A stretch of DNA of 32,000 nt from Chlamydiales bacterium (GTDB taxonomy: Bacteria; Chlamydiota; Chlamydiia; Chlamydiales; SM23-39). The number at the start of each line of letters is the position of its first letter. Position 1 is the first letter of the stretch. The notes below the pieces were generated by a model that saw nothing but the letters and a program-made list of their open reading frames with translations, ran no database searches and was not told where the DNA came from. Of this stretch, positions 8,644 to 16,725 are shown piece after piece. A program made the translations under genes and the position numbers. The stretch is taken from positions 1,390,119-1,422,118 of the forward strand of contig OZ253438.1 in NCBI GenBank assembly GCA_965261025.1, given 5' to 3'.

Positions 8644-9816
8644 CTAGGGGAAAGCAAGTTTCTTTCCAAAGGCACTTTCTGCAAATAAAAGTTTTATCAC
8701 CGTTTGGGAAGGGTTTTCTGTTTTTAAATATTTTTTTATCTCTCCGCAATCTTTTTTTTGTTGATTCCTTTTCTCCTCTTCAACAAAAAGAGAACAGGCT
8801 TTAGCAAAAAGATTTTTTTCCGTGAAGTTAGGACCTAAGAGCTCAGGAAAAACCTCCCTTTGAAGGAGAATATTTGCTAAGGTGTAGAAGGGAAGGCGGA
8901 TCCGTAAAATTTTTTGGGCTAGGAAAAGATCTATTTTACCTATAGCGTAGCTGATAATAGAGGGGGTCTCATGAAGAGCCAACTCTAAAGAAATCGTTCC
9001 AGAAGTAGCAAAAGCCAGATAAGCTTTTCGCATCCAGAGATAGTTTTCTTTGGCAGGGAATAAGGTGCCTGTAAAAGAGGGGACCTTTTTCCTAATTTTT
9101 TCTTGTAGCACGGGATTTGCGCAGGAAATAGCTATTTCTACGTGGGGATAGATTCTCTGCAATTTTCTGGCTACCGCTAACTGGATGGGAAGGTTTTTTT
9201 CTAGCTCCTTTTTCCTACTTCCAGGGAAAATAACCAAAATTTTAGGAGAGGAAAAGAAAATATTTTTTTTGAAAAGGGGCGTTTTTCTCAATTGAAAAGC
9301 CAAGGGATGTCCGACATAGTCAACCTTTAAGCAGGTATGAGAGTAATACTGCTTTTCAAAAGGGAATAAGGTAAAGAGATGGTCTACGGATTTTGCTAAG
9401 ATATCAGCCCTTTTTTTCCTCCAGGCCCATACGCTTGGGGAGACAAAGTGGAAGATTTTTCCTGGAAAGGATTTCTTTTTAAGAGAGCTCTCTAATTTCA
9501 GGTGAAACTCGGGATAATCTATGAAAAGGACTCTTTTTGGTGTATTTTGTACCAGATACTTCCTAAGTTGAAAAAAGAGTTGCAGCAATTTTGGCAGGCA
9601 AAAGCATACTTCTTTAAAGCCCATTACTTGAAACTTTTCCATAGGGAAGATTTCTTTGCAGGAAAAGGCTCTCATCTTAGGTCCGAGGATTCCTTCCACT
9701 TTTATAGGGAGCTTTCTTTTTTGTATTTCTTGTAAAAGAGAAGCACCTAAGGTGTCTGCGCTAGGTTCGCAAGCGGAGATAAAAAGGTCTATAGTTTCAG
9801 CTTTTGACATATCCAA
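8644..9816 (-). CDS. lpxB: Lipid-A-disaccharide synthase
   Basis: The 390-aa ORF has the N-terminal block ISACEPSADTLGASLL (compare AGEASGDxLGA). Length and overall pattern fit the GT19 enzyme LpxB. Confidence 0.88.
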   Translation of the reverse strand: MDMSKAETIDLFISACEPSADTLGASLLQEIQKRKLPIKVEGILGPKMRAFSCKEIFPMEKFQVMGFKEVCFCLPKLLQLFFQLRKYLVQNTPKRVLFIDYPEFHLKLESSLKKKSFPGKIFHFVSPSVWAWRKKRADILAKSVDHLFTLFPFEKQYYSHTCLKVDYVGHPLAFQLRKTPLFKKNIFFSSPKILVIFPGSRKKELEKNLPIQLAVARKLQRIYPHVEIAISCANPVLQEKIRKKVPSFTGTLFPAKENYLWMRKAYLAFATSGTISLELALHETPSIISYAIGKIDLFLAQKILRIRLPFYTLANILLQREVFPELLGPNFTEKNLFAKACSLFVEEEKRNQQKKDCGEIKKYLKTENPSQTVIKLLFAESAFGKKLAFP

Positions 9817-10559
9817 TCAGCTCCTTTGCTGAAGATTTCAGGAGGGGTTCCATGCCCCAGACGACCCACTGAAGGATAGGAGAAAAGCTCTATTTTTGGG
9901 GAGAGTATATTTTTTTCAGTAGCAGCAGCTACCAGATTTTGAAAAAAGGAAAAACAAAGATTTGTTTTTACCCTCGTATCGTGATTGCCAATGAAAAAAA
10001 GAAGTTCTTTTGTACAGAGGTTTTTCAAGAGATGGGTAAGGGTGTAGCGTTTCAGTAAAAAAGCCTCTTTATGAGTAGAAATTTCTTCGATAGCACCTAG
10101 ATCAAGCAGGGGAGCAAAATGAATAGAAAAAGGAAAAGAAAAAAGGGAGGCAAGATGGAGAGCGAAAAAAGATCCTCTAGAAAGTCCTGAAGTTACGCAA
10201 AGGGAAGGGGTGATTAGATTTTTAGCAAAAAGATAGGAAAGGATTTTTTGGGAAGTATCGAAGAAGGAAGAAAAAAAATCTTCTTTGCTTTGCAAAGCCT
10301 CGATAAAGGCAGCAAGAGCTTTTTCCGGTGCAAAAGGTTCTTCATGGAAAGGAAGATTCCAAGAAAAAAGGCGAATTCTTTTCTTTTGTAAAAACTGGGC
10401 TATCTGATTATAGGGATCCAAAGAAAGGCTTGCTTTTCCTGTGGAGGAAAAATAGAAAAGGGCAGGAAGAGGTCCTTCTTCTAGACAAGGGCCTGTATAA
10501 AAGAAAGAGACTTCTTCAACGTCTACTTTTTCTACGGAAATGTCTATGGGGTGATACAT
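9789..10559 (-). CDS. Alpha/beta-hydrolase-fold protein (esterase-like), function unknown
   Basis: The 256-aa ORF has a nucleophile elbow G-L-S-R-G (GxSxG). Later GNHDTRV and GHGTPPE are compatible with a Ser-Asp-His triad. It overlaps pcnB by 44 nt and lpxB by 28 nt. Confidence 0.5.
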   Translation of the reverse strand: MYHPIDISVEKVDVEEVSFFYTGPCLEEGPLPALFYFSSTGKASLSLDPYNQIAQFLQKKRIRLFSWNLPFHEEPFAPEKALAAFIEALQSKEDFFSSFFDTSQKILSYLFAKNLITPSLCVTSGLSRGSFFALHLASLFSFPFSIHFAPLLDLGAIEEISTHKEAFLLKRYTLTHLLKNLCTKELLFFIGNHDTRVKTNLCFSFFQNLVAAATEKNILSPKIELFSYPSVGRLGHGTPPEIFSKGADWICQKLKL

Positions 10560-11733
10560 AAGAGTTAGAAAGAACTTTTTTTTGTAGCTCCTTGTTCCAA
10601 TCCTCGTAAGTTTTGATAAGTTTTGGATTTAAACAAGAGCGGAGTTTAAAAAAGGAAAGAGCTAAGGGGAAGTCATCATCCCTAGGGATACGGATTCTTT
10701 TTCGCCTTTCTTGAGAAAAGCGAAATTGAGAAGTCATGATAGAGATCATGCTGCTTTTCATTTTTCGAGAGAGATGAAAAAAGGGAGAAAAAACCGAGTC
10801 GATCCATATCTTCGCGCTGCTACTAATTTGTCCTAAGTGAAGTTCTCTTTTTTCTTTTTCTGTAAAGATGTATTCCTCAAATAAAGGGTAGATCAAGCAC
10901 GTTACTAAAATGGGTCTTTTTAAGAAGAGATCTTCCTTTTTTTGGTCTACTTCCTTAAGTAGAGAAAGAATACTATTTTCTCCCTTTTGTTCGGCAAAAT
11001 AGTAGGAAAGCTTTGGTAGAAGAAGCTGTAAAAGATCCATTTTGTACAAATAGTGGAAAAAAGGGGCTGAAAAACCTGATTCTAACATGCGAAATAGCTC
11101 TTCTAAGATTCTTGCTTGGGAGCTTTTTACAATTTCTTGTTTGTGATTTTCTAAAGCTTTTAAGGCAGAAGATTCGATAGTTAAATCAAACCTTGCATGA
11201 AATTTGATTAAGCGAATCATTCTTACAGGATCTTGTTGAAAACGAATTTCCGCCTGTCCTATGGTCCTTAAGATCTTTTTTTGTAAATCTTCATATCCCC
11301 CGACATAGTCAATCACCACCTCTTTTTCTGGGTCGTAAAAAAGACCATTGATCGTAAAGTCTCTTCGCAAAACATCCTGCTCTTCGGTTCCAAAATCATT
11401 GTCTCTTACAATCAGGTCCGATTTTTCTATGTCGCCTGAGCGAAATGTGGAAACTTCTAAAATTTTTCTTCCAAAACGAATGTGGACCAGTCGAAATCTT
11501 TTCCCTATGAGAAGGCTATTGCGAAAGAGCCTTTTTATCTCTTCAGGTTTTGCGGAAGTGGAGATATCAAAATCTTTAGGGGTTTGATCCATCAAAAGAT
11601 CTCTCACACTTCCCCCCACAAGATAAGCAGAGAATCCCTGCTGTCGTAACTTTTTTATTACGTAGTAGGCATGAGGGTCTATATTAGAGCAAAGAATGGG
11701 GTGATGTTTTAGCGTATAGATTTTAGGCTGCAA
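10516..11733 (-). CDS. pcnB: Poly(A) polymerase / CCA-adding nucleotidyltransferase family protein (PcnB-like)
   Basis: It has the motifs GGSVRDLL...PKDFDI and RRDFTINGLFYD of the class II nucleotidyltransferase head domain. The C-terminal tail is basic (HRHFRRKSRR). The start is TTG. Confidence 0.85.
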   Translation of the reverse strand: MQPKIYTLKHHPILCSNIDPHAYYVIKKLRQQGFSAYLVGGSVRDLLMDQTPKDFDISTSAKPEEIKRLFRNSLLIGKRFRLVHIRFGRKILEVSTFRSGDIEKSDLIVRDNDFGTEEQDVLRRDFTINGLFYDPEKEVVIDYVGGYEDLQKKILRTIGQAEIRFQQDPVRMIRLIKFHARFDLTIESSALKALENHKQEIVKSSQARILEELFRMLESGFSAPFFHYLYKMDLLQLLLPKLSYYFAEQKGENSILSLLKEVDQKKEDLFLKRPILVTCLIYPLFEEYIFTEKEKRELHLGQISSSAKIWIDSVFSPFFHLSRKMKSSMISIMTSQFRFSQERRKRIRIPRDDDFPLALSFFKLRSCLNPKLIKTYEDWNKELQKKVLSNSYVSPHRHFRRKSRR

Positions 11734-12158
11734 GGCAAAACTAAAGGATTATTATGGAGCCTACCATATAAAGAATCTCATTTTGCCGTCAAGATTTCTA
11801 GTTTTTCTGTTTTTTTACCTATACACCTAGTTGGTTAAGAAACTATTTTCCTGGCAGCTTTCGCTGCTTTATAGGTAATTGCTGAAACAGATAATTTGCG
11901 TTTGCTTAGGCCTTTTATGTTAGGAGTTTTATGCCCTCTCAAGGATAAAATAGTAGGTTTCAATTCCCGATTTTCCCTAAAAGCTCGCAATTTAAAAGAA
12001 AACTTTCACCTCAATAGATGAGATCAATTCATTCTTGCCTAGAAAAATTGGCTCTGGCACATTTTCGTGTGTTTATAGCCCTGTAGGGGATGAGTCTGAA
12101 AGTCTCATAAATTCTTAGGTAGAGGGGTCGTTATATTTATTCAGAGGAGGATGTTTTC

Positions 12159-13340
12159 TTGGGAAAACCATCTGTTTTAGGAGGGGCTTTTTTAGTAGCG
12201 GGGACTTCTATAGGGGCTGGTATGTTAGCGCTTCCTGTAGTTACTGCAGAAGGAGGGTTTTTTCCTTCGTTACTCGTCTATTTTTTGTGTTGGCTTTGTA
12301 TGAGTATAACCGGTCTTTTTTTACTAGAGGGGTGTCTTCGCATGAAAAAAGAGGTGAACCTTATTTCCTTGGCAGATCACTATTTGGGACTAAAGGGGAA
12401 AATTCTAGCCTGGATACTGTATCTTTTCCTATTTTATAGCCTATCTATTGCCTATATCTCTGTGGGAAGTTCTTTAGTGGGATTATTTTTTCCTTTCCCT
12501 GCTCTTTTAAATAGTCTTATTTTTGTCCTTTTTTTTGGCTTTTTTATTTTTCAGGGAGCTTTTTGGGTAGATAGAATGAATCTACTTTTGATGGTAGGGC
12601 TTTTGCTCTCTTACGTTTCTTTTTTGGTTTTAGGAGGGGGCGAAGTGGAAATAACTCGCTTGAAACCCCAAAATTGGGGAGCTTGCTTTTTAGCGCTTCC
12701 CGTTATTTTTACCTCTTTCAGCTATCAGGGGATTATTCCTAGTTTAACCACGTATCTACAAAGAGATAAAAAAAAACTGCAAAAGGCTATTTTACTCGGA
12801 ACTTCTTTTGTTTTTGTCGTTTACATAATTTGGCAAATCCTAATTTTAGGAAGCGTTCCTTTAGAGGGGCAGTATGGTCTTTTTCAGGCGAAAAATCTAG
12901 GGAAGACGGCTATCTATCCTTTTAGAGCCATTTTACAAAACCCGGCTCTTTACTGGATAGGAATTGCTTTTTCTTTTTTTGCTGTTACTACCTCCTTTTT
13001 GGGGGTTACTTTAGGGCTTTTTGACTTTTTATCAGATGGATTAAATTTTTCTAGGAAAGGAAAAAAAGGGCTTCTTTTTTTCTTAACCTATGGACCTTCT
13101 CTTGTAATTCAGGGAATTTATCCTTCTCTTTTTCTCAAAGCTTTAGGATATGCAGGAGGAATAGGATGCGCCCTTCTTCTTGGATTTTTGCCTGCTTGGA
13201 TGATTTATAAGGCGCGTTATGTAAAAAGGGAGCCTTTTCCCCCCATAACTCCGTGGGGAAAAACCCTTTTTTACTTTGTTTTCCTTTTTATTTTGTTTGA
13301 ATTAACCATTGAGTTTTATAAAGAGCTGTTTTTCTCTTGA
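12159..13340 (+). CDS. tyrP: Aromatic amino acid permease (HAAAP family, TyrP/Mtr-like)
   Basis: The 393-aa ORF is a polytopic membrane protein. The N-terminal block GAFLVAGTSIGAGMLALPV is characteristic of Mtr/TnaB/TyrP transporters. The start is TTG with GAGGAGG upstream. Confidence 0.8.
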   Translation: MGKPSVLGGAFLVAGTSIGAGMLALPVVTAEGGFFPSLLVYFLCWLCMSITGLFLLEGCLRMKKEVNLISLADHYLGLKGKILAWILYLFLFYSLSIAYISVGSSLVGLFFPFPALLNSLIFVLFFGFFIFQGAFWVDRMNLLLMVGLLLSYVSFLVLGGGEVEITRLKPQNWGACFLALPVIFTSFSYQGIIPSLTTYLQRDKKKLQKAILLGTSFVFVVYIIWQILILGSVPLEGQYGLFQAKNLGKTAIYPFRAILQNPALYWIGIAFSFFAVTTSFLGVTLGLFDFLSDGLNFSRKGKKGLLFFLTYGPSLVIQGIYPSLFLKALGYAGGIGCALLLGFLPAWMIYKARYVKREPFPPITPWGKTLFYFVFLFILFELTIEFYKELFFS

Positions 13341-13373
13341 ACAATTAATTTTTCTAAAATATCTAGAAAGGTT

Positions 13374-14021
13374 ATGAGAGAAAAATTAAAGGCAATACAA
13401 AAATTGGTTGTTTTTACAGCTCTTTTTGTTTTTGTTTGTCTTAGCTTTTATTTGCTTTGGGTTCATTACCAGAACCAAAAGGCTATATTCATAGAGTCAA
13501 AAGGGCAGCCTCAATTTGGAAAAAAAGGGGCTCCTTTACAGATGGTCTTATTTGAGGATTTTCGTTGCGAGAACTGTAGAACTTTTATGGAGGAAGTTTT
13601 TCCTTTTATTCATGAAGAATACATAGAAAGGGGAAAAGCAGAACTTTTCGTAATTCCTCTTGCTTTTCTAAAAGGTTCCAAAGATCTAGCCAATGCAGCG
13701 TTATGTATCTACTTTTTATATCCAGAAGGATTTTTTCCCTTTCTGAAAAAAGCCTCTTCCCTTCCTCTTAATAAGGCTTATAAAGAAAAATACTTGCAGA
13801 TAGGGGCTTCTTTTTCAGGGCTTTCCTTTTCTCAGTTTCAAAACTGCCTTAGTTTAGACTACTATTTTTCCCAGATTGAGCAAAATTTTGAACTGGCCAA
13901 AAAGACCATGAAAGGCGATGTAACAACGCCTTCTCTCTATATCAATGGAGAAAGAATTCCCACCTATTCCAAACAGATCGTTTTAGAAAAACTAGAGAAA
14001 CTTTGGAAGGAGAAGGTATGA
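13374..14021 (+). CDS. Membrane-anchored DsbA-like thioredoxin-fold oxidoreductase
   Basis: It has an N-terminal TM anchor (LVVFTALFVFVCLSFYLLWV) and a CxxC active site (FRCENCRTF). It is translationally coupled to dsbB through an ATGA overlap. Confidence 0.7.
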   Translation: MREKLKAIQKLVVFTALFVFVCLSFYLLWVHYQNQKAIFIESKGQPQFGKKGAPLQMVLFEDFRCENCRTFMEEVFPFIHEEYIERGKAELFVIPLAFLKGSKDLANAALCIYFLYPEGFFPFLKKASSLPLNKAYKEKYLQIGASFSGLSFSQFQNCLSLDYYFSQIEQNFELAKKTMKGDVTTPSLYINGERIPTYSKQIVLEKLEKLWKEKV

Positions 14022-14437
14022 AGCAAAAAGTGTTTCGTCTCTCTCTTTACCTGGCTTGGGTAGTCTCTTTAATAGCTACCTTGGCAAGTCTTTACTATTC
14101 GGAAATAGCAAAAATCCCTCCCTGTCAGCTTTGCTGGTATCAAAGGATTTGTCTTTTTCCCCTAGTATTCATTTTGGCAGTAGCCGCCTACCGAGAAGAA
14201 AGAAATATAGCCTTATACGTATATCCCCAAGTTTTTCTGGGATTTGTCCTAGCAGGGATCCACTTTCTCTACCCTTACTGGAACCCTTGGGGACAGGCCC
14301 TTTGCGGAACCGCCTCTTGCTATGAACCTTCCTATACCTTCCTAAGGCTTCCCCTTCCTTTTTGGAGTATGGGTACTTTCATACTCTTGGGGATTTTTCT
14401 TAGGCTGTCTGCTTATCAAGAGAAAAAAAATGAGTAG
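14018..14437 (+). CDS. dsbB: Disulfide bond formation protein B (BdbC-like)
   Basis: It has four hydrophobic segments, the CQLCWYQR motif in the first loop and a second Cys pair CGTASC. I prefer the ATG at 14018 (GGAGAAGG upstream, ATGA overlap with the preceding stop) over the TTG at 14003 used in the ORF track. Confidence 0.8.
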   Translation: MKQKVFRLSLYLAWVVSLIATLASLYYSEIAKIPPCQLCWYQRICLFPLVFILAVAAYREERNIALYVYPQVFLGFVLAGIHFLYPYWNPWGQALCGTASCYEPSYTFLRLPLPFWSMGTFILLGIFLRLSAYQEKKNE

Positions 14438-15650
14438 AAGTCGTTTCAGTGATAAAGTCTATATCTACCTTAAATCCAATTAAATAAGGCGGATTGGATT
14501 CATGTTTTGAATCTCTGATCTGAAGGTATCCGAGAAGCTCAGCGGTTTTTTTCTCTTCTGTCCAATCAATGCTTATCCTTTTAGTAGGGAAGTAAGGATA
14601 AGCAGGGTTATCTTTTGCAAAGTGGGAAAAGACTGCTCCTAGAGTAGAGTTAGGAGTTTCTTTAGGTAAAAAAGCCCCATGTATACGGAGAAGTTGCATC
14701 AACTCGATACAGTCCTTCTCGGAAAGACTTGCTAAATCCTTTAGGGGACTTGAACAGAACTCTGGAGTTCCTTGATAACAGTCCTTACAAACTGTGCAAG
14801 TAGGTTCTTTTAAGCTCTTTAACGCTTGCTTAAATAATATCAAACCTGCAGGACTGTTGAAGAATGGTATCAAGGCCTGATCGGTGAGCTTGTTTGTTAT
14901 TATTTTTAAGTAAGAAAGGAGGTTCGTTTGATCAAGCCGAAGGAAAAACAAGGCTAAAGACTCTAGCTTTGGGTCTTTTAGTTTAGGGAATCTCCCCATA
15001 TTGGGAGGAGCCTCTTGGGGGATAGTAATAGCAAAATCACCATCATTATTATCACTTTTTAAAGCTTTTTGGATAGACTCTACAAGAAAACTAAGTCCTC
15101 CCTGGTGGAGTAAGTAGAAAGGAAAACTTTTCTCTGCTGGGATAAAAAATGAGCAAACATAACCAAAAATATTTGGAAGGGAAAAGAAAGGAATCTGATC
15201 TATTCTCCAAACCAAGTGGTTATTGAGAAAGAGGGGATAGGTCCTATCAAAAATATCTGCAGTAATTTGTTTCTTTAGTTTATCAGAACTTTCAGAAAAA
15301 GAGTTTTGCCATTCAGAAACAGGGATAGGGTTTTGGACAAATTTTCTATTTAGATTTTCTATAAGCTGTTGTAATTCAACAGATTGCTCTTGTAAAATAG
15401 AAGAAGGCACTGAGGGGGTAACTACTGGGGAACTCGGTGGGGAAGTAATTGAATCGGGGGAATTGCTTTTAGGAACAGAAAAAAACCAACTACTCAGACT
15501 TTTACAGAAGTAGGGAACCAGGCAGTAAAGTATTTGAGCCGCTATCTTCACGATCTTTACGGCAAAATAGTCATCCTGATTTACCTTTAACCGCTCAGGT
15601 AAGTAAGGAGAAAATCTACTCTGTAGAGCAACAACGGTTTGGTTTAACAT
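14400..15650 (-). CDS. Hypothetical protein: N-terminal hydrophobic segment, Ser/Pro-rich linker and a Cys cluster
   Basis: The 416-aa ORF has no opposing long ORF. It contains a hydrophobic stretch VKIVKIAAQILYCLVPYFCKSLSSWFFSV, a linker SNSPDSITSPPSSPVVTPSVPSS, and a CTVCKDCYQGTPEFC motif. I recognise no family. Confidence 0.6.
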   Translation of the reverse strand: MLNQTVVALQSRFSPYLPERLKVNQDDYFAVKIVKIAAQILYCLVPYFCKSLSSWFFSVPKSNSPDSITSPPSSPVVTPSVPSSILQEQSVELQQLIENLNRKFVQNPIPVSEWQNSFSESSDKLKKQITADIFDRTYPLFLNNHLVWRIDQIPFFSLPNIFGYVCSFFIPAEKSFPFYLLHQGGLSFLVESIQKALKSDNNDGDFAITIPQEAPPNMGRFPKLKDPKLESLALFFLRLDQTNLLSYLKIITNKLTDQALIPFFNSPAGLILFKQALKSLKEPTCTVCKDCYQGTPEFCSSPLKDLASLSEKDCIELMQLLRIHGAFLPKETPNSTLGAVFSHFAKDNPAYPYFPTKRISIDWTEEKKTAELLGYLQIRDSKHESNPPYLIGFKVDIDFITETTSTHFFSLDKQTA

Positions 15651-15747
15651 GAAAGACCCCTTTTTCTAGATAAAATTAGAAAGACAGGAGAATTTTAAGA
15701 AATAGTGGCATTTTTATTAAACCATTTTTTACCTCAGATAAATATTT

Positions 15748-15776
15748 TTAATATATTATAATTATTTCTTTATAAT
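15748..15776 (+). promoter_or_regulatory. Candidate sigma-70/66-type promoter for the small membrane protein gene
   Basis: It has TTAATA (15748-15753), a 17-nt spacer and TATAAT (15771-15776), about 40 nt upstream of the ATG at 15818. The region is very AT-rich, so the false-positive risk is high. Confidence 0.3.
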
Positions 15777-15817
15777 TAAATTAACTTTAGGTTATTTTGA
15801 AATAAAAAGGGGTTTTT

Positions 15818-16078
15818 ATGAAGGGTTTAAATATAAAAGCTTTTTCTCTTGCTGTGGGAATTACTTGGGGTGTGAGCTGCTTGTTCATGGGTTGGACGGC
15901 TGCTTTTGACTGGGGCGATTATTTTGTGGATGTGATGGCTTCTTTTTATCTTGGGTATCATCCGGGATTTATAGGAGGAATTATAGGGGGAATATGGGGA
16001 TTTATCGATGGTGCTATTTTAGGGGCTATTCTTTCTTTTCTGTATAATCACTTCAGCGCCAAGGAGAAAAAAAGGTAA
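15818..16078 (+). CDS. Small integral membrane protein with glycine-zipper helices
   Basis: The 86-aa ORF has GGGG 5 nt upstream of the ATG. It has two or three hydrophobic helices (LAVGITWGVSCLFMGW; GFIGGIIGGIWGFIDGAILGAILSFL) and a basic C-terminal tail. Confidence 0.55.
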   Translation: MKGLNIKAFSLAVGITWGVSCLFMGWTAAFDWGDYFVDVMASFYLGYHPGFIGGIIGGIWGFIDGAILGAILSFLYNHFSAKEKKR

Positions 16079-16131
16079 GTTGCGTAAAAAAAAAGATCTT
16101 GGTTTGATAGCCGAGAAAAAGGAGTTGATTT

Positions 16132-16725
16132 ATGGCTAAGCTTTATTTTCGGCATGGAACTGTGGGAAGTGCAAAAACCTTAAATCTTTTAGCTGTGGCT
16201 CATAACTATAGACAACAGGGAAAAAAAGTTTTTTTAGTGAAGCCTAGAATGGAGAGTCGTTTTGGAGAAACGAAAATCCAATCTAGAGCGGGGCTTTTTG
16301 CACAGGCCGATTTTTTATTGGATGAAAATACTTCTTTGCAAGAGATCCCTTTGGAGAGTGTCCGATGCATTTTAGTAGATGAAGCGCAGTTTTTAAGCGC
16401 TAAAACCATAGAAGAGCTCAGGGCTATTGCTACAGAGAAAAATATTCCCGTTATTTGTTACGGTCTCAGGACAGACTTTAAAAGTTACCTCTTTGAAGGA
16501 GCAAAAAGGCTTATGGAGCTTGCAGACTCCATTGAAGAAGTAAAAGCTACCTGCCACTTTTGCAACAAAAAGTCGATTATGAACCTAAAACATGTAAACG
16601 GAGTGGCCGTAAAAGAAGGTCCTTCTATTGAGTTAGGTGCAGAAGAGAAATATTTTCCTTCCTGCTATGAATGCTTTTGTTATGAATTACAAAGAGCAGA
16701 AAAGGAAAAGCTGGTTAACCTTTAA
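16132..16725 (+). CDS. tdk: Thymidine kinase
   Basis: The sequence MAKLYFRHGTVGSAKT...VDEAQFL...VICYGLRTDF...CHFCNKK...CYECF aligns by eye with E. coli Tdk (MAQLYFYYSAMNAGKS...VDECQFL...CYGLRTDF). AGGAG lies upstream of the ATG. Confidence 0.9.
   Translation: MAKLYFRHGTVGSAKTLNLLAVAHNYRQQGKKVFLVKPRMESRFGETKIQSRAGLFAQADFLLDENTSLQEIPLESVRCILVDEAQFLSAKTIEELRAIATEKNIPVICYGLRTDFKSYLFEGAKRLMELADSIEEVKATCHFCNKKSIMNLKHVNGVAVKEGPSIELGAEEKYFPSCYECFCYELQRAEKEKLVNL

Noticed and set aside
11930-11985. I considered a possible tRNA or tmRNA T-arm (GGTTTCAATTCCC) in the pcnB-tyrP spacer.
   Set aside because: I could not build a flanking 5-bp T-stem, an acceptor stem or a CCA-proximal pairing. No tag-peptide reading frame or RNase P/SRP conserved blocks were seen.
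12088-12108. A 6-codon mini-ORF (ATG AGT CTG AAA GTC TCA TAA) lies just upstream of tyrP and could be an attenuation leader peptide.
   Set aside because: It contains no aromatic (Trp, Tyr or Phe) codons and has no properly spaced SD. I retained it only as part of a hairpin in the spacer finding.
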